Of a stretch of 64,000 nucleotides of DNA, positions 8,190-16,656 are shown piece by piece. Every line of letters starts with the position of its first letter. The stretch's first letter is position 1. Both the position numbers and the translations under genes were made by a program. The stretch is from Candidatus Peregrinibacteria bacterium. Lineage in GTDB: Bacteria; Patescibacteriota; Gracilibacteria; UBA1369; GCA-2718715. The notes beneath the pieces are model-generated. The model searched no databases. It was not told the origin of the DNA and saw nothing but the letters and a program-made list of their open reading frames with translations. The stretch is taken from contig JAAZXH010000004.1 of the NCBI GenBank assembly GCA_014240275.1, forward strand, positions 11,342 through 75,341, given 5' to 3'.

Positions 8190-9980
8190 CTATACAAAAT
8201 TAACAATTGGGGTTATAAGCGGTTTTCTGTGGAGTTTTCTTTGTAAATATCGCTCTAGGTTTTTCTTAAGTAGCTTTTCAACTTCATTAGTTTTGGTAAT
8301 TTTTGTATTAGTTTTGAGGGTTTTACAATGTTTTTCAATTTGTGTGTTAAGGATTTTTAGAATTTTTGAACTTTGATTCATATATATAAACCCGTGTGAT
8401 TGAGTGTTTACGTTTTCTAGGGCCATGGTTTTTTTGCGAATTGTGATGTTGAAAATAATAATTCCGTTGTTACCCATGGACTGGCGTTCTTGAATGAGGT
8501 GGTTGGCAATAGAGGAGAGGGTGTTGGTTTGATTATCTACCATTATTAGCTTGTTTGAAGCTTGTTCTTTAGAAAGGTGGCAAGTTTTATTTTTGATTTC
8601 TAGGATTTCACTGTCATTTAGCAGAAGAATGTTGTCTTTTTTAATTCCTAGTTCAATGGCGGCTTGTTTTAAGATAGAGCGGTAGTAATATTCCCCATGG
8701 ACTGGAACCAAATATTTTGGACGTATGTAATTGATCATACGTTTTAGGTCTTCTAGGTTTCCGTGTCCGGTGGTATGAACATCCATATGTTTATTGGTGA
8801 TGATGTTAGCCCCAGTTCGCGCTATTTCATTTAATAGAGCTGTTACTGCCTTTTCGTTTCCTACGATCGGTGAAGACGAGAAAACTATAGTGTCAGAAGG
8901 AATAATTTTTAAATGAGCATGTTCGTTAAAAGCCATTCTAGTTAAGGCTGCTAAAGGCTCCCCTTGGCTACCAGTTGTTAGAATTAAGGCATTGGCCTTA
9001 TGAGACTGTGTACCTGCTTTTTTAAGCTGTTGGATAAGACCTTCTGGGTATTTTATGTAGCCTAGCTTATAGGCAGTTTCAATATTTCTTATCATGGAAC
9101 GACCGGAAACAAAGATTTTGCGTTTATTCTTTTTGGCAGAGTCTATGATTTGCTGCATTCGCCCTATCAAGGACGATGTACAGGCAATTACCAACCGCCC
9201 TTTGGTATTTGTAATAATTGAATCTAGGGTTTCTCCAATGACTTTTTCTGAGACGGTGTGTCCAGGCCGGTTAGCATTAGTTGATTCACACATCATTAAC
9301 AGGACGTTAGATTTACCGAGTTCTTCTAGAACTTTGTAGTCAGCTTGAAGGCCATCGGCTGGGGTTTCGTCGAACTTAAAGTCTCCGGTGTGAACAATTT
9401 TACCTTCTTTGGTGTCGATAATAATTCCACACGAATCTGAAATTGAATGATTAACTCTAAAAAAAGTTATTTTAAAGCTACCTAAAGTAAAAGGGGTGCG
9501 TGGCTTTACGTCTATAAGCTTGCTTTTACCATTGAGCTTATATTCTTTAAGCTGGTTGGCGATAAAACCGTTGGTTAGCTTTAGGCTGTAAATTTTTGGG
9601 TTATTTAGTTTTGGTAATATGTATGATATCGCCCCAATATGGTCTAGGTGACCATGTGTTACTAGAATACCTTTGATTTTATGTTTGTTTTTTTCAAGGT
9701 AGGTGCTATCTGGTACTATGTAGTCCACTCCTAGCATATCGTCGGGAGGGAACATTAGCCCCATGTCGATTACGATGATATCGTTTTTGTATTCGATAGC
9801 CATCATGTTTTTACCTCCGGTTTCATCTAAACCACCCAAAAACACTAGTTTTAATTTGCTATTTGAAAAGTTTTTTTTGAAAAACGTTTTCAACTTTTGT
9901 TTTTTGTTTGGTGTGGCCTGTTGTTTGTTTTTTAGGTTTTTATCTAGCCATTTATCTAGAATGTTTTCGTTCGTATTCAT
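8190..9980 (-). CDS. rnj: ribonuclease J (metallo-beta-lactamase/beta-CASP)
   Basis: 596 aa with 'THGHLDHIG' and beta-CASP-like spacing of later Asp/His residues. It has a Lys-rich N-terminal extension of about 45 aa. Confidence 0.9.
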   Translation of the reverse strand: MNTNENILDKWLDKNLKNKQQATPNKKQKLKTFFKKNFSNSKLKLVFLGGLDETGGKNMMAIEYKNDIIVIDMGLMFPPDDMLGVDYIVPDSTYLEKNKHKIKGILVTHGHLDHIGAISYILPKLNNPKIYSLKLTNGFIANQLKEYKLNGKSKLIDVKPRTPFTLGSFKITFFRVNHSISDSCGIIIDTKEGKIVHTGDFKFDETPADGLQADYKVLEELGKSNVLLMMCESTNANRPGHTVSEKVIGETLDSIITNTKGRLVIACTSSLIGRMQQIIDSAKKNKRKIFVSGRSMIRNIETAYKLGYIKYPEGLIQQLKKAGTQSHKANALILTTGSQGEPLAALTRMAFNEHAHLKIIPSDTIVFSSSPIVGNEKAVTALLNEIARTGANIITNKHMDVHTTGHGNLEDLKRMINYIRPKYLVPVHGEYYYRSILKQAAIELGIKKDNILLLNDSEILEIKNKTCHLSKEQASNKLIMVDNQTNTLSSIANHLIQERQSMGNNGIIIFNITIRKKTMALENVNTQSHGFIYMNQSSKILKILNTQIEKHCKTLKTNTKITKTNEVEKLLKKNLERYLQRKLHRKPLITPIVNFV

Positions 9981-10056
9981 TACGTTAATTTAAGTATAAG
10001 TTAGTTCCAAAACTGCTAGGTTTTGAAAATTTTTTTGGATCCTTGTGCACAGGATT

Positions 10057-11412
10057 TTATTGGTTTTGTTTATACTCTTCCACAAGAGTTTTATAGCTTT
10101 CATAATCTTTGTTCGTTTCTTTCTTTGCAAAGTAAGGTCCATATTCGCAGGCGGGTGAAAACAAAATGTTACTTTGTTTGTGATTCTTACTTGCTTTAAT
10201 TATAGCTTTTTCAACCGCCATTGTCAAACTTGGTACAATGTCAACAAGCTTTGTTTGTGACAATTCTTTGGTGACCGGGCTTTGAATTCCAATTGGGTGA
10301 ATGTTTGGGTTTTGAAAAACTTCAATTAGTGGTTTTAGGTCTGCGTCTTTAGTGGCACCACCAAAAATTAAAAAAGTATCTTCGTTTTTGAGGTGTTTTA
10401 AAACCTGGAGTGTTGAGTCTACGCTGGTGCCCTGTCTGTCGTTGTAGAAATTAATGTTGTTAACTTTGTATAGAAATTCGAATCTATCTGGCAAGGGTGT
10501 TAGGTTGTGGAGGCTTTCCAAAATAGCTTCTTCAGAATAGTTAAGTTCTTTTAAAATTGTAAAAACTAAGCTGTAGTTAGCTTGTTCAAAGCTGCTTTTT
10601 TTTGGGAAATTTGTTTGGATAGGCAAAAGGGCCTTGTATTGAACCGTTCGGGCTTTACTGGCTGTATTGTTAAGTGTTTTAGGGAGGATGAATACGTCGG
10701 AGCTGGTTTGGTTTTGTGTGATTTTGAGTTTGGCCTGTTTGTAGTTTTCAAAACTGCCGTGTTCAGAAATGTGGTTGGAACTAATGTTTGTAATTGCTGC
10801 AATTTTAGGTTTGAAGTATTTAATGTATTTGAGTTGTCGGTTAGAAACTTCGAGAATTAAAACGTCATCGCTGCTTAAGTTTTCTTTTGAAAGGATGGGT
10901 TGGTTTTTTCTGTCATTTCCAGCGAGCAGAATTTGATTTTGGTTGAGCTTTTGTAGACTTTTTTGTAAATAATGTGTGATACTAGATTTTCCTGAGGAGC
11001 CGGTTATAGCTATGATTTGCCCTGGGAAAAAGTCTTGATAAAGCTCGATAATGTTGTATATCTTGCCTTTGTATTGATGTAGAACTTGGTTTTTTTCGTA
11101 CATATCCCAAGATTGTGGTGCAAAAATTAGGTCTGCCTCTGCGATGTTTGTTAGGTAGTCTTTTGCTAAAAATAATTTAGCATTGCAGTTTTCGAGTTTT
11201 TGGCTTCGAGATTGAATTTCTTCTTTTGGGAATGCAATGTTGGATTTGTGGATGTTTTTCGTGAAATTTTCTTTGGTACAAGCGTCGTGAAAGCTAAGTT
11301 TTTTACAGCCTAATTTTAGGCAATATAGAGCAAGAGAACTGCCTTCGAGGCCAGTTACCCCAACTATGTGGATGTTTTTGTCGCTTAAGTTTTGAAAAGG
11401 AGAGTTAGACAT
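10057..11412 (-). CDS. murD: UDP-N-acetylmuramoylalanine--D-glutamate ligase (Mur ligase family)
   Basis: 451 aa with a Rossmann-like N-terminus 'IHIVGVTGLEGSS', P-loop 'IAITGSSGKSS', 'LILEVSNRQL', 'ITNISSNHISEHGSFENYKQAK' and 'NDRQGTSVDST'. Confidence 0.75.
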   Translation of the reverse strand: MSNSPFQNLSDKNIHIVGVTGLEGSSLALYCLKLGCKKLSFHDACTKENFTKNIHKSNIAFPKEEIQSRSQKLENCNAKLFLAKDYLTNIAEADLIFAPQSWDMYEKNQVLHQYKGKIYNIIELYQDFFPGQIIAITGSSGKSSITHYLQKSLQKLNQNQILLAGNDRKNQPILSKENLSSDDVLILEVSNRQLKYIKYFKPKIAAITNISSNHISEHGSFENYKQAKLKITQNQTSSDVFILPKTLNNTASKARTVQYKALLPIQTNFPKKSSFEQANYSLVFTILKELNYSEEAILESLHNLTPLPDRFEFLYKVNNINFYNDRQGTSVDSTLQVLKHLKNEDTFLIFGGATKDADLKPLIEVFQNPNIHPIGIQSPVTKELSQTKLVDIVPSLTMAVEKAIIKASKNHKQSNILFSPACEYGPYFAKKETNKDYESYKTLVEEYKQNQ

Positions 11413-13000
11413 TCCGTAAGGTTTTTAGCTTTTTTAGATTGATGGCTCCAAGCATGTGCATGCTTATGAAATAGAAACAAGCTGCACTTGGAATAATTAA
11501 TAAAAGGTTTAGGTTTTGCATCCAGCTATATGTAATAGGTTGAAGGAGGTAAATGAACCCGCCCATTAGTATACTTGCAAAATAGGTTTTGCCAAGTGTT
11601 TTTAAGTTCAGTTGAATACCGGAGTGTTGTTTGTAGCAGTAAAAAGCCAACATAAAGACGCACAGCTCACAGAAGGCTGTGGTGGTACTGGCAGCTAAAA
11701 TGCCATATTTGGGTATGAAGATGAGGTTGAGCACAACATTAATTAGAAACCCAGTGAAGTTGATTTTTAGTAAGGTGGTATTTCTGTCGGTTGCTACTAG
11801 GCTAAAGGCAAAAATGGTATTTAAGAACGAAAAATATAATCCAATTAAAATTATTTTGAAGGCTATGTCAGATCCAGTTTGGTAAAAGTAGCTATTTGTT
11901 GGGCTTTGTTTAAAGCTTTGATTAATAGGGGTTTGGGCACATTGGATTTCCGCTTCGGCCTGTTGATGGTAAACAACTTGGCTGTTGTTGGTACAGTGGT
12001 ATCCGCTTAAAAATTGAGGGGAGCTAATGCTAAAAATAATTGGAAAGGCCAGTAAAACGCCTCCAATTAGGATAGGTGCCGCAAGACCATGGAGGACTTT
12101 AAAGATGTTTTGTAGGCTGGCGTTGAGTTTTTGGTATCCAGATTGGAAGTTCTTTGTCAGGGTTGGAAGAGCTGAGTTCATAAAAAATACTGAAATTACC
12201 GAAAGTATTTCCATGAGTTTTAGAGGTACGGCATAGATTCCAGCGGCGCTGTTGCCGCTAAAATATTGTAAAAGAATGATGTCTACTTTGAAATAAAAGG
12301 TCATTAAAATTAATGCTAGTCCATACGGTAAGGCGGTTTTCAATAAGTTTTTGGCGTATATATGGTCGAAATGAAAGCGAAAGGGAAGTTCTTTTTTGAT
12401 AATAAAAATTGTGCAAAGCAACATGACTAGATTGGCGCCAAGGGCGCTTAAAATTAGGAAGTTGAACCCGTGTTCGAGGTTGCTGGGTTTAAGAATTAAA
12501 ATAATAAATGCAATGAGTCCAATGTTTATAATTTTGCCTAATACTTGGGCAATCGTTGCGAGATGCATTTTAAGTCTATATTGTAGGAGGCTCGTTAAGG
12601 TTCCGTTTATTAAAACAAAAGCCGTGGCCAGGCTTACTAGGCTAATACTTTTGGCTACCAAGGTACCAGCGTATTTGGGGATGAGAGGGATTATAATGTT
12701 GGAGGAACCAAGTAAAAGGGTGATTAAAATGAGTCTTAAGGTTAGAATGTGGCTTAAAACAAAGCTTTCGGAGTTGTTGTTTTTGGACATTTCTTGCACA
12801 CCTATGGTATATAGGCCAAAGTCGGCTATAATTGCGAAGAACCCTATTAGCTCAAATACGGTTGTATATTGACCATAAACTTCTAGCGGCAGGTAGGAGG
12901 TAATAAGTTTAATTGAGATTAAACCAATGATGGCTTGGGCCAGTCGTCCGAAAATTTGCCAAAAGGTGTTGGTGAAAATTTTGAAAGAAAGTCGATTCAT
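11405..13000 (-). CDS. MOP-superfamily oligosaccharide/polysaccharide flippase (Wzx-like)
   Basis: 531 aa that is hydrophobic throughout, with many predicted TM segments. The N-terminus 'NTFWQIFGRLAQAIIGLISIKLITSYLPLEVYGQY' is typical of polysaccharide-biosynthesis flippases. It overlaps murD by 8 nt. Confidence 0.7.
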   Translation of the reverse strand: MNRLSFKIFTNTFWQIFGRLAQAIIGLISIKLITSYLPLEVYGQYTTVFELIGFFAIIADFGLYTIGVQEMSKNNNSESFVLSHILTLRLILITLLLGSSNIIIPLIPKYAGTLVAKSISLVSLATAFVLINGTLTSLLQYRLKMHLATIAQVLGKIINIGLIAFIILILKPSNLEHGFNFLILSALGANLVMLLCTIFIIKKELPFRFHFDHIYAKNLLKTALPYGLALILMTFYFKVDIILLQYFSGNSAAGIYAVPLKLMEILSVISVFFMNSALPTLTKNFQSGYQKLNASLQNIFKVLHGLAAPILIGGVLLAFPIIFSISSPQFLSGYHCTNNSQVVYHQQAEAEIQCAQTPINQSFKQSPTNSYFYQTGSDIAFKIILIGLYFSFLNTIFAFSLVATDRNTTLLKINFTGFLINVVLNLIFIPKYGILAASTTTAFCELCVFMLAFYCYKQHSGIQLNLKTLGKTYFASILMGGFIYLLQPITYSWMQNLNLLLIIPSAACFYFISMHMLGAINLKKLKTLRNV

Positions 13001-13314
13001 GCTATATTTTTATAGATTGATTATATTAGAAAATGGAAATTTTAACAAATTGGAATGCATGAGTTTAAAAAACGTTTAGATATTTTACAAGAATTGTTTG
13101 AAAACGCAGTTGAAACCACAAAAAAAGTTTCTAATTTAGACTCGGTGATTACACGTTTTAAAAAGTTAGCTGAAGAAATGTTAGGGGACCCGTTGCTCGA
13201 TGATAAGGATCACGAGGTTGTTGTTTCAAATTTGGAGGCAAAGTTTGATAAGTTACATACAGGCAAGTTCGACAAAAATAATGCAATCCTGTCAGTAATT
13301 TCTGGTATGGGAGG
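12925..13314. repeat. left copy of direct duplication (flippase 5' end + intergenic + decayed prfB 5' part)
   Basis: Aligns with 15428-15938. A 41-nt identical run (13061-13101 = 15556-15596) is flanked by substitutions. Relative to the right copy there are three deletions of 96, 18 and 15 nt. Confidence 0.85.
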
Positions 13315-15382
13315 TGGGCCTGCTTGTTCTATCGCCAATGGTGAAGTAGTAACAGATCTTGGCGTGAATCAAGCGAGAGGTGTTAGCGTGGAATCTTGGC
13401 CTCCTTCTCAAGTTAGCCTAAAACCTGAAAAAAGGGTGCTTTTTTTGACAAAGGATCTTGAGTTGATTCGCAAGCAACTTTATGAAGGTGTTAATCTTCG
13501 AATGGAAGATTTTACAGTTGATGACTTGTTGGATGACATTAATACCGATGTTATGACTCCTGCTTGGGTATGTTTTGATCATGACCCTGCAATATTGGCA
13601 GAGAATGCCTATGCTGGACTTCTGCATGAAGGTCGTCGTGTTTTTGAGTCTCGAGCATTGATGGACGGAGGATTCGAAGTAATTGTTAGCGGCCATCGAA
13701 AAGGAACTGGGAGCAGCAGAGAAACTGCGGCTCAATGTGAAAGATGGTCTGGCATTCGGATTGTGATTGCCGCATCTTTTGCACCTATCCATGAGAGGAA
13801 TAACATCAATCTCGGTCAGTTGATGGGTAATTATGAGGTTCTAGAGCGTCTACAGAACGGCGAAAGTATTGAATTAGATGAGTTTGTGGGAAAATACGAC
13901 CCGGTGACCAAACTAATTGTGGAAAATGTTGGGCTTTTTCCATTCGCTAAGAGAATGAAGGCTGGCGATATTGAGTTACCTGAAGTGGGTAGTGAGCCAG
14001 TTCCAATGACCATGGCTGAGAAGATGATTTCCAACAAATTGCTAGGTCAGAATGGTGTGCCCGGTTACGTTAAGCCGGGGGAGGCGGTACTGGCTCAAGT
14101 TGATGGAGGTTATTCTCATGAATTCACCACTGCTCAGGTACATAACTTTTTAGTTGCAGAATATGGTGAGGATTATTCGTTACCAAATCCACCAAAGTTT
14201 GCGGTGTTCGAAGATCATTTGTTGTATGCGACGGGGGTCGCAAGGTTCGTTCGTTTTGAGCAAAAGATCCAGATCTTACGTGATTTGCAAGTAGCTTTCC
14301 AGCTGCATACGGGAGTGAGGGATTATTCTGCAGTGAATGGGGTTAGCCCGGGAATATGTCATCAAGTTGCTCGAGAGGAATTTATTGATGTTGGTGATTT
14401 CATCCAAGCAACCGATAGTCACACCTGCATGGGTGGGGCAAGTAATGCTCTGACATACGGAGTTGGTTCAACTGAATACGCAAACTTGGTATATAACCAA
14501 TTCGCATTCGTGAAAGTCCCAGAGAGTATCCGCTTTGAATTTGTTGGAAGTTTAGATTCGGGTTGCACTGCAAAGGATGTAATTCTGCACATCCTTTGGA
14601 AATATGCAGCACAATCAGATACTCTCGACCGCTCGATGGAATTTGGTGGTCCTGGGTTGGCATCACTTTCTATGGATGAAAGAGCAACTCTTTGCAATAT
14701 GGCCACAGAGTGTTCGGCAAAGACTGGCATCTGTGAACCAGATGATTTGACTGTTGAATGGTTAATGGCAAGACGGGATGATTTGACTGAAAATGAGATT
14801 CGTTCGGCCTTTGTTCTTCCTGATGAGAATGCTGTTTACCACGGAGGTGTGCATGAAATTGACCTGTCTGCAATTAGACCGATGGTAGCACACCCTGGAG
14901 ACCCAGATGCTGGAGTCCCATCAGACCCTACAAACGGAGCATACATCGAGGATCTAGGAGATGTGATGATTGATATTGCATACGCTGGCTCATGTACTGC
15001 AGGTAAGGAAGATGACTTTGCATATTACGCAATGGTAACTCAAGCCGCTCTTGATGCTGGTTTGACAGTAGCGCCGCATGTAGACTGTTATATCCAATTT
15101 GGTTCTAAGGTTGTTAAGGATTTGTCGGTGCGAAATGGATGGAGTGAGTTGTTTGAGCGGGCTGGAGTCAAACTACTTGATCCGGGTTGTGGTGCCTGTA
15201 TTGGTGCTGGGCCTGGTGTTTCTGAACTAGAAAGTCAAGTCACGGTATCAGCGATAAACCGTAATTTTCAAGGCCGCTCTGGACCAGGAAAGTTGTACCT
15301 TGCAAGCCCTCTGACGGTAATGGCGAGCGCCTTCACGGGAAAGATTACGGCTTGGCGTCCAGATTTGTTTGAACAGAGTTAA
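13055..15382 (+). CDS. chimeric ORF: RF2 N-terminal remnant fused to a single-chain aconitase-superfamily hydro-lyase (LeuD-like swivel domain followed by LeuC-like domains)
   Basis: 775 aa. Residues 1-86 align to the PrfB encoded at 15550. The remainder carries LeuD-type motifs 'DINTDVMTPA', 'GTGSSRETAAQ' and 'ASFAPIHERNNINLGQL'. These are followed by LeuC-type motifs 'MTMAEKM', 'TDSHTCMGGA', 'GSCTAGKEDD', 'PGCGACIGAGPG' and 'NRNFQGRSG'. Composition is markedly GC-richer than the flanks. Confidence 0.85.
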   Translation: MHEFKKRLDILQELFENAVETTKKVSNLDSVITRFKKLAEEMLGDPLLDDKDHEVVVSNLEAKFDKLHTGKFDKNNAILSVISGMGGGPACSIANGEVVTDLGVNQARGVSVESWPPSQVSLKPEKRVLFLTKDLELIRKQLYEGVNLRMEDFTVDDLLDDINTDVMTPAWVCFDHDPAILAENAYAGLLHEGRRVFESRALMDGGFEVIVSGHRKGTGSSRETAAQCERWSGIRIVIAASFAPIHERNNINLGQLMGNYEVLERLQNGESIELDEFVGKYDPVTKLIVENVGLFPFAKRMKAGDIELPEVGSEPVPMTMAEKMISNKLLGQNGVPGYVKPGEAVLAQVDGGYSHEFTTAQVHNFLVAEYGEDYSLPNPPKFAVFEDHLLYATGVARFVRFEQKIQILRDLQVAFQLHTGVRDYSAVNGVSPGICHQVAREEFIDVGDFIQATDSHTCMGGASNALTYGVGSTEYANLVYNQFAFVKVPESIRFEFVGSLDSGCTAKDVILHILWKYAAQSDTLDRSMEFGGPGLASLSMDERATLCNMATECSAKTGICEPDDLTVEWLMARRDDLTENEIRSAFVLPDENAVYHGGVHEIDLSAIRPMVAHPGDPDAGVPSDPTNGAYIEDLGDVMIDIAYAGSCTAGKEDDFAYYAMVTQAALDAGLTVAPHVDCYIQFGSKVVKDLSVRNGWSELFERAGVKLLDPGCGACIGAGPGVSELESQVTVSAINRNFQGRSGPGKLYLASPLTVMASAFTGKITAWRPDLFEQS

Positions 15383-15427
15383 AGGCCCTGAACACATGAG
15401 CGAGAAACTAGAATTTATTTGTTAAGA
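13315..15427. other. compositionally foreign insert (probable horizontal acquisition)
   Basis: The 60 nt at 14041-14100 contain 36 G+C, against 15 G+C in the 60 nt at 15541-15600. The segment is bounded on both sides by the direct duplication. No integrase or transposase is present. Confidence 0.7.
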
Positions 15428-15495
15428 CAATGGGCTAGTTGTCTGAAAATTTGCCAAAAGGTGTTGGTGAAAACTTTGAAAGAAAGTCAATTCAT
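15428..15495 (-). pseudogene. dead 5' fragment of the flippase gene inside the right repeat copy
   Basis: The minus strand reads ATG AAT TGA, where the intact gene at 13000 has ATG AAT CGA. Homology then continues for about 20 codons and stops abruptly near 15428. Confidence 0.75.
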
Positions 15496-15938
15496 GCTAT
15501 ATTTTTATAGTTAGATTATATTAGATAATCGAAATTTTAATAAATTGGAATGCACGAGTTTAAAAAACGTTTAGATATTTTACAAGAATTGTTTGATAAG
15601 GCACTAGAAGTTGTAAATCTAGAGCAACTAAAACAGGAGAAATTAGAACTAGAAGAGGCTATGCAAGATCCTCATTTTTGGGATCAGGCCGAAAAGGCAG
15701 CTGAAATTACTAAAAAAGTTTCTAATTTAGATTCGGAGATTACGCATTTTGAAAAGTTAGCTGAAGAAATTAGTTTTGCTAAAGAAATGGTAGGGGAGCA
15801 GTTGCTCGATGACAAAGAGTTAGATGCTGCTGTTTCAAATTTGGAAGCAAAGTTTGATAAGTTACAAATCGCGACTTTTTTTACAGGAAAGTTCGACAAA
15901 AACAACGTAATTTTGACGGTAATTTGTGGTATGGGAGG
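15428..15938. repeat. right copy of direct duplication (flippase 5' fragment + intergenic + intact prfB 5' part)
   Basis: See the left copy. Homology ends at GGTATGGGAGG (13304-13314 = 15928-15938). Confidence 0.85.
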
Positions 15939-16632
15939 CAAGGATGCTCAGGATTTTACTAAGCTTATTACTCAAATGTACCAAAAATACTGTGAAAAAT
16001 CGGATTTTGATTGTCAGGTTTTGGATATTTCTTATGCTGAAGCTGGATTTAAGTCTGCGACTTTAAAGATCAGCGGACAATTCGCTTATGGTTGGTTGAA
16101 GTTTGAGCACGGGGTACACAGGTTGATTCGTTTGAGCCCTTTTAATACTGGTAATACCAGAGAAACATCTTTTGTAATGGTTGATGTGTTGCCAGAGGTT
16201 GATTTTGATGACAGTGTTAAGTTAGAAGAAAAAGATTTGCGAATTGATGCGTTTAAAAGCTCTGGCCCTGGAGGTCAGTCGGTTAACACGACAGATTCTG
16301 CTGTGCGGATTACGCATTTGCCAACATCGATTGTAGTTAGTTGTCAGAATGAACGTAGTCAGCACCAAAACAAAGAAAATGCAATGCGCCTTCTAACTGC
16401 GAAATTAGTTAAGCTGATGCATGACAAGCAAGCTCAAACCTTAGATGATTTGCGAGGTCATAAAAATGAAATTTCCTTTGGAAACCAAATTCGAACTTAT
16501 ACTATGCACCCTTATCAATTGGTAAAGGACCATAGAACAAATTTTGAATTTAAAAATATCGCGGCGGTATTGGAGGGTAATATAGATGAGTTTTTACGTG
16601 CTGAGGTTGAAAATTTAACAGAAATCAGGTAA
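15550..16632 (+). CDS. prfB: peptide chain release factor 2
   Basis: 360 aa with the RF2-specific 'SPF' tripeptide (RLSPFNTGNTRETSF) and the GGQ motif (SGPGGQSVNTTDSAVR). It is a single uninterrupted ORF with no programmed +1 frameshift site. Confidence 0.95.
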   Translation: MHEFKKRLDILQELFDKALEVVNLEQLKQEKLELEEAMQDPHFWDQAEKAAEITKKVSNLDSEITHFEKLAEEISFAKEMVGEQLLDDKELDAAVSNLEAKFDKLQIATFFTGKFDKNNVILTVICGMGGKDAQDFTKLITQMYQKYCEKSDFDCQVLDISYAEAGFKSATLKISGQFAYGWLKFEHGVHRLIRLSPFNTGNTRETSFVMVDVLPEVDFDDSVKLEEKDLRIDAFKSSGPGGQSVNTTDSAVRITHLPTSIVVSCQNERSQHQNKENAMRLLTAKLVKLMHDKQAQTLDDLRGHKNEISFGNQIRTYTMHPYQLVKDHRTNFEFKNIAAVLEGNIDEFLRAEVENLTEIR

Positions 16633-16656
16633 AATTAAAGGATATTAAATATTATT

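Noticed and set aside
12925-15938. Explaining the duplicated prfB/flippase segment as a trivial assembly artefact (collapsed or mis-joined repeat)
   Set aside because: The two copies differ by many substitutions and by three clean direct-repeat-mediated deletions, and both junction ORFs are intact. Artefactual joins normally give identical repeats. Read-level confirmation is still recommended (see findings).
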